From the IMG/VR virus record IMGVR_UViG_2718217860_000003: a DNA stretch of 35,499 bases. One strand, written 5' to 3'. Positions within the stretch are counted from its first letter, which is position 1. Each line of letters begins with the position of its first letter. Position numbers and translations under genes: made by a program. The stretch comes from a virus. Taxonomy: Duplodnaviria; Heunggongvirae; Uroviricota; Caudoviricetes. This document shows, one piece after another, positions 16,696 to 24,157 of the stretch. The notes beneath the pieces were generated by a model that saw only the letters and a list, made by a program, of their open reading frames with translations, searched no databases and was not told the DNA's origin.

Positions 16696-17124
16696 ATGGG
16701 TTTTCGTAGCGCATCAATTCTTACGTTGATTATTAGTGGGATTATTATCGGGTGCACTGATGCTGTATCGACAAATTATCATGACCGTACATCATATTAC
16801 TCCGATAAAGCAATAGAGACACAGTATGTGAGTTCATCTGAACGTACTTCTGATGTTAGTGAGGATATCCGTCTGTATGCCCATCAAATCAAGAGCGCCA
16901 TCGAAAAACAGTTCGGGGATGCGAGTAAGTATTCAGGAAAAGAGTGTACACTGAGAATGCATATGGCCCCGAATGGCCTTCTACTGGAGGTTAAAAGAGA
17001 AAGTGGAGACCTCGATTTATGTCGTGAAGCGATGAATGCGATAAAGAATGCTGATATACCTGCCCCCCCTTCGCCGGAAGTATATAAAGTATTTCAAAAT
17101 GGGGTGCTGGATTTTAAACCCTGA
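16696..17124 (+). CDS. Lipoprotein with a TolA C-terminal (domain III)-like domain
   Basis: 142-aa ORF; lipobox LIISGIIIGC; C-terminal segment (YAHQIKSAIEKQFGDASKYSGKECTLRMHMAPNGLLLEVKRESGDLDLCREAMNAIKNADIPAPPSPEVYKVFQNGVLDFKP) closely parallels the E. coli TolA domain III sequence as recalled. Confidence 0.8.
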   Translation: MGFRSASILTLIISGIIIGCTDAVSTNYHDRTSYYSDKAIETQYVSSSERTSDVSEDIRLYAHQIKSAIEKQFGDASKYSGKECTLRMHMAPNGLLLEVKRESGDLDLCREAMNAIKNADIPAPPSPEVYKVFQNGVLDFKP

Positions 17125-17274
17125 TATTTATTGTTTTGTAATAAACGGTTTCGGCTTAGGTTTGTTCTGACACAACTACGGCACTGAGCTAAATTTAGCG
17201 GATAGTCAGCTCTGAGCCAGTGGCGGACGTAACAACTACTATTGCTGAGATTTTAATGGATTGAGGAGCAAGAA

Positions 17275-17670
17275 GTGGGATTAAAGAAAATCGTTATGTT
17301 GACTTTTTGGGTCGGTTTTGTTGCGGGATGCACACCTTTACACCCTTCAGATTGCCACAAAACTACTGCTACAGGTAGTTGCAGTTCAGGACGCTGGGAT
17401 GATCAGGATGAATGGGGGGCGCAAGCGCGGGGAATCAGAGCTGCAATTAATGCCAAACTTGATGAGCCGCATAACTGGAAAGGGAAAATATGCAGGTTGC
17501 ATATGGAATTCTCTCAGGATGGCACGGCGTTAAAAATATCTACCAGTAACGGTGATAAAGCCTATTGCGAAGCGATAAAGTCCGCAGCTCATAAAGCCAA
17601 ATTTCCGGCCTTCAACAATCCGAAAGTCTACAGAGATTTTCAGAAATCTGGCTTTGACATGCGAGGTTAG
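17275..17670 (+). CDS. Second, divergent lipoprotein with a TolA domain III-like C-terminus (paralogue of the upstream gene)
   Basis: 131-aa ORF; lipobox VGFVAGC; shares KxCxLHM...G..L...........C.A...A.......P....VY..FQ spacing with the upstream protein and TolA-III. Confidence 0.7.
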   Translation: MGLKKIVMLTFWVGFVAGCTPLHPSDCHKTTATGSCSSGRWDDQDEWGAQARGIRAAINAKLDEPHNWKGKICRLHMEFSQDGTALKISTSNGDKAYCEAIKSAAHKAKFPAFNNPKVYRDFQKSGFDMRG

Positions 17671-17921
17671 CTCTTCAATTACTATATCTCATTCATAGCA
17701 AACTGACAGATTTGATGATGTTCTATATACGAAACCTGTGATGTCAAGTCTGAGCTAATACAAATAAACATAATATCAGAGAAATACATTTTATTAGCTC
17801 GCTACGGCGAGCTTTTTATATTGCATCGTCTCCAGCATATATATCAATTAAGGCTCTGATTGATGTGTCTGGAAGCCTACACATAATAACTATGCCATCC
17901 GTTCCGTGCGGAGGTGAGGCT

Positions 17922-18137
17922 ATGAAATCCATGGACAAAATTTCAACAGGCATTGCCTACGGCACCTCCGCAGGCAGTGCTGGCTACTGGTTTTTACAGC
18001 TGCTCGATAAAGTCACGCCCTCACAGTGGGCAGCAATAGGTGTGCTGGGTAGCCTGGTATTTGGCCTGCTGACGTACCTGACAAACCTTTATTTCAAGAT
18101 TAAAGAAGACAAGCGTAAGGCTGCACGGGGAGAGTAA
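17922..18137 (+). CDS. Holin (S21/EssD-type pinholin) with dual-start motif
   Basis: Product [71 protein letters not shown], with two Met codons (MKSM) for antiholin/holin; two TM segments. Confidence 0.85.
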   Translation: MKSMDKISTGIAYGTSAGSAGYWFLQLLDKVTPSQWAAIGVLGSLVFGLLTYLTNLYFKIKEDKRKAARGE

Positions 18138-18141
18138 TTCA

Positions 18142-18486
18142 ATGACTCAAAAATATGAACTGATTGTGAAAGGGATCCGCAATTTTGAGAATAAAGTTAC
18201 GGTAACTTTAGCGTTACGGGACAAAGAACGCTTTGACGGTGAAATTTTTGACCTGGACATCTCGCTGGACCGTGTTGAAGGTGCCGCGCTGGAGTTTTAT
18301 GAGGCAGCAGCCAGAAGGAGCATCAGACAGGTCTTCCTGGATGTTGCTGCCGGGTTATGTGAAGGGGATGAGCTGTCGCCGGAAAAGCGCCCCATAATTT
18401 TAGAGGCGCAGAATGTGTGGATAACCTACAAAGGAAAGCTACCGGGAAGAATTACTGGTTCTCTGAAGACTCCGCCGAAATGGTAA
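18142..18486 (+). CDS. Hypothetical protein inserted between holin and endolysin
   Basis: 114-aa ORF starting 5 bp after the holin stop. Confidence 0.55.
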   Translation: MTQKYELIVKGIRNFENKVTVTLALRDKERFDGEIFDLDISLDRVEGAALEFYEAAARRSIRQVFLDVAAGLCEGDELSPEKRPIILEAQNVWITYKGKLPGRITGSLKTPPKW

Positions 18487-18724
18487 TTTCACCAGCATAT
18501 TTTTCTTCCAGTAATACCGCCAGCCACTTGAAAGAATTTTGTTGTTGCTGGGACCATTTGGGGTTGAGTGATTCAAGCTGGAGCGATGCCAGTGTTGGTT
18601 GCATTTGTTCCTTGGGAATTGAGAATGCCAGATATGAAAATGCGACAGTAAGGGCATTTACATCATCCCGAAGCTTGGAAATGCAGTCGAGCAACTCCTG
18701 TAGAGAAATGGTGCTATTGTCCAT
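18452..18724 (-). CDS. Hypothetical small protein on the opposite strand within the lysis cassette
   Basis: 90-aa product from ATG 18724 (MDNSTISLQELLD...) with AGAGAGGA RBS 6 nt upstream; convergent with the upstream plus-strand gene. Confidence 0.45.
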   Translation of the reverse strand: MDNSTISLQELLDCISKLRDDVNALTVAFSYLAFSIPKEQMQPTLASLQLESLNPKWSQQQQNSFKWLAVLLEEKYAGEITISAESSENQ

Positions 18725-18829
18725 AAACAATCCTCTCTATTGTATTTAACTATTCCTTGCCTGATTCAACAGGCCGGGACAGATAAACATATCCAGGGTT
18801 CAGAAACCGATAAATCCTGATAAATATCC

Positions 18830-19372
18830 ATGAACGTAAAAATCAGATACGGCCTGTCGGCTGCCGTTCTGGCACTGATTGCCGTCCGTGCGCCTGCGCC
18901 TGATATTCTCGACCAGTTTCTGAATGAAAAAGAAGGTAACCACACAACGGCATACCGCGATGGTTCCGGCATCTGGACCATCTGTCGGGGTGCCACGGTG
19001 GTGGATGGAAAACCCGTTTTTCCCGGTATGAAACTGTCGAAGGAAAAATGCGACCAGGTTAACGCCATTGAACGGGATAAGGCGCTGGCATGGGTGGAGC
19101 GCAATATTAAAGTGCCACTGACCGAACCACAGAAAGCGGGTATAGCGTCATTTTGTCCCTATAACATTGGCCCCGGTAAGTGTTTCCCGTCGACGTTTTA
19201 TAAGCGGCTGAATGCCGATGATCGTAAGGGGGCATGCGAGGCGATTCGCTGGTGGATAAAAGATGGTGGGCGTGATTGCCGCCTGACAAAAGGGCAGAAG
19301 AATGGCTGTTATGGGCAGGTCGAGCGGCGCGATCAGGAAAGCGCACTGGCGTGCTGGGGGCTGGAGCAATGA
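18830..19372 (+). CDS. Endolysin (RrrD-like lysozyme with N-terminal hydrophobic signal/SAR-like segment)
   Basis: 180-aa ORF with catalytic E-x8-D-x5-T (EGNHTTAYRDGSGIWT) and hydrophobic N-terminus (YGLSAAVLALIAV). Confidence 0.85.
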   Translation: MNVKIRYGLSAAVLALIAVRAPAPDILDQFLNEKEGNHTTAYRDGSGIWTICRGATVVDGKPVFPGMKLSKEKCDQVNAIERDKALAWVERNIKVPLTEPQKAGIASFCPYNIGPGKCFPSTFYKRLNADDRKGACEAIRWWIKDGGRDCRLTKGQKNGCYGQVERRDQESALACWGLEQ

Positions 19373-19905
19373 AAATTAATCCGGATCTTATAGGCGTTGT
19401 CGTTATTGCTGGCCTTTCGGTCGCTCTCGTCAAGAGTTGCTCTCACGCCAGTAATCTTCAGAGCGATAACGACGTTCTGCGAAGTGACAACTCTATGCTG
19501 GGGCAGGTAATCGCCACCCAGGCATTCAACTTCAATCGATTCAATCAGGTTGCAGAACATGCCAACAGTCTTAACTCCCTGATCGACACCAGCACCGAAA
19601 AAACCGTAATCGAATACCGGGAGATTCTCCGCCGTGAAAAAACCTGTGATCTGCCTGTTCCTGCTGATATCGCTGGTGGGTTGCTCGAATACACGTACCG
19701 TTTACGTGCCAGCGCCATGCACACCGATACCGGCAGACCTAATGAAGCCTATGATCGTACCGCTACCACCAGCTCAATGACCTACTGCCAAGCTGTCTTG
19801 TGGATTAAGCCGCTACTGGCGTTGATAGAAAAAGGAAATAATAATTTTTCGAGTATTCGTGAAATTGATGAGTTGCGTTACAGACCATCTGAGCATGGCC
19901 AGTAA
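19369..19905 (+). CDS. Rz-like inner-membrane spanin subunit (i-spanin)
   Basis: Start ATG overlaps the endolysin stop (ATGA); N-terminal TM helix (LIGVVVIAGLSVALV) followed by a charged periplasmic domain. Confidence 0.75.
   Translation: MKINPDLIGVVVIAGLSVALVKSCSHASNLQSDNDVLRSDNSMLGQVIATQAFNFNRFNQVAEHANSLNSLIDTSTEKTVIEYREILRREKTCDLPVPADIAGGLLEYTYRLRASAMHTDTGRPNEAYDRTATTSSMTYCQAVLWIKPLLALIEKGNNNFSSIREIDELRYRPSEHGQ
19634..19780 (+). CDS. Rz1-like outer-membrane lipoprotein spanin subunit (o-spanin), embedded in the +1 frame of Rz
   Basis: Not in the ORF track. Manual translation from GTG 19634: MKKPVICLFLLISLVGCSNTRTVYVPAPCTPIPADLMKPMIVPLPPAQ*, with a lipobox (LVGC) and proline-rich tail. 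Confidence 0.65.
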   Translation: MKKPVICLFLLISLVGCSNTRTVYVPAPCTPIPADLMKPMIVPLPPAQ

Positions 19906-20073
19906 GGTTGCAGGAAATTTAAAATCTGGCGATGAAATTTAATATTAGAAATTCATTGCCTAGTGAGATTAATAATGGGCATCCCTTTGTGACGATAAGC
20001 TTTAACACATTCACAAAGGGATATTTAATATAGGGTGGTTAATTCCCACTTGCTGTGGTGTTTAGGGGGTAAT

Positions 20074-20766
20074 TCAAATCTTATCTAACTCATTATAGGC
20101 TTCGATAATAAAAATTCTGATTTTAATAAGGCATGATTCAATGAAAGGAATTACTTCATGGTCATTCCCATGGAATCTTATTTTTTTCTCTTCGGTAATG
20201 ACTATGTTTAAAGGTACACCATTACCACTTCTTTGTAATTTCCCATTTTCGAAAGTAAAGTCTTCTAATTTTTTGCCATTGATGTGGTTGTTTTTAAAGA
20301 GAATTTTTGCTGAGCTTCCTGCTGTGATTAAACCAAAACCATCTACGCTCACACTTAGGTCTTTAACAGAACTCTCTTCTCTTAAGGGGATTGGTTGTCT
20401 GTGCTTTACTTCATTAGTGAGATTACACATCATTTCCAACCAAGATTCGCCAGTGTGATAATCCTGTATAGAAGTAAAAATTTTATATAATGGAGAAGAT
20501 GATGGTGGGTTTATTTTTAGCGTCTTTGAGAAAAATTTATCAATAAACTCTTTTTTTCCGTAAGGGAAATATATTTTGGGGCGCTCATCATTACTGCGTG
20601 GAGAAATATATTTATCATAGGTATCATTAGCGAGATACTCTAAGGAACTTCGTAAGTTTTCCAAAATAGCTTTGACTTTTACAGGCTTGATATGCTGTGT
20701 CTGTCTCATTATGCCAAGACTTTCTTCAACTTCTTGCAATAAGTCCAACGAGCCTTCTCTAGACAT
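20074..20766 (-). CDS. Hypothetical protein in an AT-rich moron between the lysis cassette and terminase
   Basis: 230-aa ORF in a visibly AT-rich segment, opposite strand to the flanking late genes; no family recognised. Confidence 0.65.
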   Translation of the reverse strand: MSREGSLDLLQEVEESLGIMRQTQHIKPVKVKAILENLRSSLEYLANDTYDKYISPRSNDERPKIYFPYGKKEFIDKFFSKTLKINPPSSSPLYKIFTSIQDYHTGESWLEMMCNLTNEVKHRQPIPLREESSVKDLSVSVDGFGLITAGSSAKILFKNNHINGKKLEDFTFENGKLQRSGNGVPLNIVITEEKKIRFHGNDHEVIPFIESCLIKIRIFIIEAYNELDKI

Positions 20767-21337
20767 ACAGGTAATTCTCCTTTATGAATTTTCAACATGT
20801 TATAACTAATAATATATTTATCATATAACTGTATGAATAAATTGTGAGATTAGTAATGCAAGTTTCTATCCATAGTGTTCTCTAAGTACCCGCTTCCATC
20901 ATGTTGTTACGGACGGTATGGCTAAAACAAAGCACCTGAAGTTAAACGTTCTGAACTTTATGCTCGTTGAGCATATGAATTATCTGTAACCCGATGCGCT
21001 GGTTGTGGTTCACATTGATGGTCGTAATCAGCAGCGGTGGTGCCTGATGGCATGCAACTTCTTACTTATAAAACTTCGTATGGAATTGTTGCCATAACGA
21101 GCCCAGCTTAGCAGTTTTTAATGGGTCCTCCCGGCAGTGTGTCCTGCCACGGGGCGGGAGCGTCGCGGAAAAAGGCTAGTTTTTGAAATTTCATTCGTCA
21201 TCACCACTACTTTAATATATTGATATTACAGTGGTTTTATTTTTATGGTGTCGATTTTGATTGTTTTTTGTTCATCACTAACACCGTTTGCCTAAAGTTG
21301 TTCGCAAGATGCATGTTTAAAACATTCTGGAGCGGGT

Positions 21338-21638
21338 ATGGATCGAGAGTTGAAAAATCTGACGCTGAATATCAGTCAACTGGCGGCACTGTCAGGTGTA
21401 CATCGCCAGACTGCTGCGGCAAGGCTGCAAAATCTACCCGTTGCAGGGGGGCATGAAAGCAACCTCAAGCTTTATCGGGTGGTTGATATTGTGTCGGCAT
21501 TTCTGGCATTGCCACCGCCGGTTGCAGAAGGCGAAATGGACGCGCATGAGCGCAAAGCCTGGTATCAGTCTGAACGTGAGCGTCTTAAGTTCGAACAGGA
21601 AACGGCACAACTCATTCCGGCCAGTGATGTCAGACGGG
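21338..21638 (+). CDS. Terminase small subunit (Nu1/NohA-like), 3'-truncated by the assembly gap
   Basis: N-terminal HTH-like segment (LNISQLAALSGVHRQTAAARL); the ORF runs into the N-run. Confidence 0.6.
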
Positions 21639-21738
21639 NNNNNNNNNNNNNNNNNNNNNNNNNNNNNNNNNNNNNNNNNNNNNNNNNNNNNNNNNNNNNN
21701 NNNNNNNNNNNNNNNNNNNNNNNNNNNNNNNNNNNNNN
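21639..21738. other. Assembly gap (100 N) between terminase and tail gene M
   Basis: Run of 100 ambiguous bases; terminase-large through tail gene H are absent from the window. Confidence 0.99.
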
Positions 21739-21765
21739 TGGTCGGTTAAGTGGAGCATATCGGTA

Positions 21766-22095
21766 ATGGAGACGTTTCACTGGAAAGTGCGCCCGGATAT
21801 GAATGTGGTATCAGAGCCGAAAGTGGTGACAGTGAAGCTGGGCGATGGTTATGAACAGCGTCGTGTGGCGGGACTGAATAACCAGTTGTCGACTTACAGC
21901 GTGACGATACGTGTTCGTAAATGTGAACACCCATCTTTAAAAGCCTTTCTGGAACGGCACGGTGGCGTCCGCGCATTTCAGTGGACGCCACCTTATGACT
22001 GGAAGCCGATCAGGGTGGTTTGTCGTAAATGGTCGGCGAGCGTAGGGGCGCTGTGGGTAACCATAACGGCAGATTTTGAACAGGTCGTGGCATAG
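21766..22095 (+). CDS. M: Tail tip assembly protein M (lambda M-like)
   Basis: 109-aa ORF METFHWKVRPDMNVVSEPKVVTVKLGDGYEQR..., same length and pattern as lambda gpM. Confidence 0.9.
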   Translation: METFHWKVRPDMNVVSEPKVVTVKLGDGYEQRRVAGLNNQLSTYSVTIRVRKCEHPSLKAFLERHGGVRAFQWTPPYDWKPIRVVCRKWSASVGALWVTITADFEQVVA

Positions 22096-22104
22096 GAGGC
22101 TCTG

Positions 22105-22803
22105 ATGCAGGATATTCCACAGGAAACACATCATGAGACGACACGCCTCACTCAGTCAGCCCTGGTGGTGCTCTGGGAAATCGATCTGACAGAGGTCGGT
22201 GGAGAACGTTATTTTTTCTGTAATGAGCAGAACGAAAAAGGTGAGCCGGTTACCTGGCAGGGGCGGCAGTATCAGGCATACCCCATTCAGGGGACGGGAT
22301 TTGAACTGAACGGCAAGGGCAGTGCTGCCCGTCCGACACTGACGGTTTCTAACCTGCACGGCATGGTCACCGGGATGGCGGAAGACCTGCAGAGTCTGGT
22401 CGGCGGAACGGTGGTCAGGCGTAAGGTTTACGCCCGTTTTCTGGATGCGGTGAACTTCGTCAACGGAAACAGCGACGCCGATCCGGAGCAGGAGGTGATC
22501 AGCCGCTGGCGCATCGAGCAGTGCAGCGAACTGAGTGCGGTCAGTGCCTCCTTTGTGTTGTCCACACCGACGGAAACGGATGGTGCCGTTTTTCCGGGGC
22601 GCATCATGCTGGCTAATACCTGCACCTGGACCTATCGCGGTGATGAGTGCGGTTATCACGGTCCGGCGGTCGCGGATGAATATGATCAGCCGACGTCCGA
22701 TATCACGAAGGATAAATGCAGCAAATGCCTGAGCGGTTGTAAGTTCCGCAATAACGTCGGCAACTTTGGCGGCTTCCTTTCCATTAACAAACTTTCGCAG
22801 TAA
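22105..22803 (+). CDS. L: Tail tip assembly protein L (lambda L-like)
   Basis: 232-aa ORF with the conserved C-terminal Cys cluster (CTWTYRGDECGYHG...CSKCLSGC). Confidence 0.9.
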   Translation: MQDIPQETHHETTRLTQSALVVLWEIDLTEVGGERYFFCNEQNEKGEPVTWQGRQYQAYPIQGTGFELNGKGSAARPTLTVSNLHGMVTGMAEDLQSLVGGTVVRRKVYARFLDAVNFVNGNSDADPEQEVISRWRIEQCSELSAVSASFVLSTPTETDGAVFPGRIMLANTCTWTYRGDECGYHGPAVADEYDQPTSDITKDKCSKCLSGCKFRNNVGNFGGFLSINKLSQ

Positions 22804-22808
22804 ATACC

Positions 22809-23552
22809 ATGACACAGACAGAATCAGCGATTCTGGCGCACGCCCGGCGATGTGCGCCAGCGGAGTCGTGCGGCTTCGTGGTGAGAACACCGGAGGGGGA
22901 AAGATATTTTCCCTGCGTGAATATCTCTGGTGAGCCGGAGGCGTATTTCCGGATGTCGCCGGAGGACTGGCTGAGTGCAGAAATGCAGGGAGAGATTGTG
23001 GCGCTGGTCCACAGCCACCCCGGTGGTCTGCCCTGGCTGAGTGAGGCCGACCGGCGGCTGCAGGTGCAGAGTGATTTGCCGTGGTGGCTGGTCTGCCGGG
23101 GGGCGATTCATAAATTCCGCTGTGTGCCGCATCTCACCGGGCGGCGCTTTGAGCACGGGGTGACGGACTGTTACACGCTGTTCCGGGACGCTTACCATCT
23201 GGCGGGAATTGAGATGCCGGATTTTCATCGCGGGGATGACTGGTGGCGTCACGGCCAGAATCTCTATCTTGACAATATGGAGGCAACGGGTTTTTACCGT
23301 GTCCCACTGACAGAGGCGCAGCCTGGCGACGTGCTGCTGTGCTGTTTTGGTTCATCGGTGCCGAATCATGCCGCCATTTACTGTGGCGACGGCGAGCTGC
23401 TGCACCATATTCCTGAACAACTGAGTAAACGAGAGAGGTACACCGACAAATGGCAGCGACGCACACACTCCCTCTGGCGTCACCGGGCATGGCACGCATC
23501 TGCCTTTACGGGGATTTGCAACGATTTGGTCGCCGTATCGACCTTCGTGTGA
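22809..23552 (+). CDS. K: Tail assembly protein K (lambda K-like, MPN/JAB + NlpC/P60 domains)
   Basis: 247-aa ORF; HSHPGG (JAB-type) motif and a Cys/His peptidase-like region. The conventional lambda K start corresponds to Met49 at 22953 (199 aa). The 3' end overlaps gene I by 103 nt, as in lambda. Confidence 0.85.
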   Translation: MTQTESAILAHARRCAPAESCGFVVRTPEGERYFPCVNISGEPEAYFRMSPEDWLSAEMQGEIVALVHSHPGGLPWLSEADRRLQVQSDLPWWLVCRGAIHKFRCVPHLTGRRFEHGVTDCYTLFRDAYHLAGIEMPDFHRGDDWWRHGQNLYLDNMEATGFYRVPLTEAQPGDVLLCCFGSSVPNHAAIYCGDGELLHHIPEQLSKRERYTDKWQRRTHSLWRHRAWHASAFTGICNDLVAVSTFV

Positions 23553-24097
23553 AAACGGGGGCTGAAGCCATCCGGGCACTGGCCACACAGCTCCCGGTGT
23601 TTCGTCAGAAACTGAATGAGGGCTGGTATCAGGTGCGCATTGCCGGGCGTGATGCAGGCGAAAATGAATTATCTGCCCGTCTTAATGAGCCGCTGGCAAA
23701 TGGTGCCGTGATCCACATCGTGCCGCGTCTGGCGGGAGCTAAAAGTGGCGGTGTGTTTCAGGTGGTGCTTGGGGCGGCGCTGATTGCGGTGGCATGGTGG
23801 AACCCTGTGGGCTGGCTGGGGGCCGCGGCTGTATCGGGCATGTATGCGGCAGGGGCCAGTATGATCCTGGGCGGAGTGGCGCAGATGCTGGCACCGAAAG
23901 CCAGGACGCCCACGGCAGCCAGTACAGATAACGGCAAACAGAACACCTATTTCTCCTCACTGGATAACATGGTTGCCCAGGGCAATGTTCTGCCGGTTCT
24001 GTACGGTGAAATGCGCGTGGGGTCACGCGTGGTTTCTCAGGAGATCAGCACGGCAGACGAAGGGGACGGTGGTCAGGTTGTGGTGATTGGTCGCTGA
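23450..24097 (+). CDS. I: Tail assembly protein I (lambda I-like)
   Basis: 215-aa ORF MAATHTLPLASPGMARICLYGDLQRFGRRIDLRVKTGAEAIRALATQLP..., matching lambda gpI ends as recalled. Confidence 0.9.
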   Translation: MAATHTLPLASPGMARICLYGDLQRFGRRIDLRVKTGAEAIRALATQLPVFRQKLNEGWYQVRIAGRDAGENELSARLNEPLANGAVIHIVPRLAGAKSGGVFQVVLGAALIAVAWWNPVGWLGAAAVSGMYAAGASMILGGVAQMLAPKARTPTAASTDNGKQNTYFSSLDNMVAQGNVLPVLYGEMRVGSRVVSQEISTADEGDGGQVVVIGR

Positions 24098-24116
24098 TGC
24101 AAAATGTTTTATGTGA

Positions 24117-24143
24117 AACCGCCTCCGGGCGGTTTTGTCGTTT
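24117..24143 (+). terminator. Terminator-like hairpin between I and J
   Basis: AACCGCC-TCCG-GGCGGTT followed by TTGTCGTTT. Confidence 0.35.
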
Positions 24144-24157
24144 ATGGAGCGTGAGGA

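Noticed and set aside
15700-17700. Possibility of Shiga-toxin (stxA/stxB) genes in the Q-tRNA-lysis slot
   Set aside because: The ORFs present are two lipoproteins with TolA-III-like C-termini plus one weak 117-aa ORF. None has the size or organisation of StxA (about 315 aa, signal peptide) followed by a small StxB.
21639-21738. N-run as a biological feature
   Set aside because: A fixed run of 100 ambiguous bases is a scaffolding convention, not sequence.
22809-23552. Gene K overlapping gene I by 103 nt, as a possible frameshift or pseudogene
   Set aside because: The same overlap and the extended upstream reading frame are the normal lambda K/I architecture as I recall it; both products look full-length.
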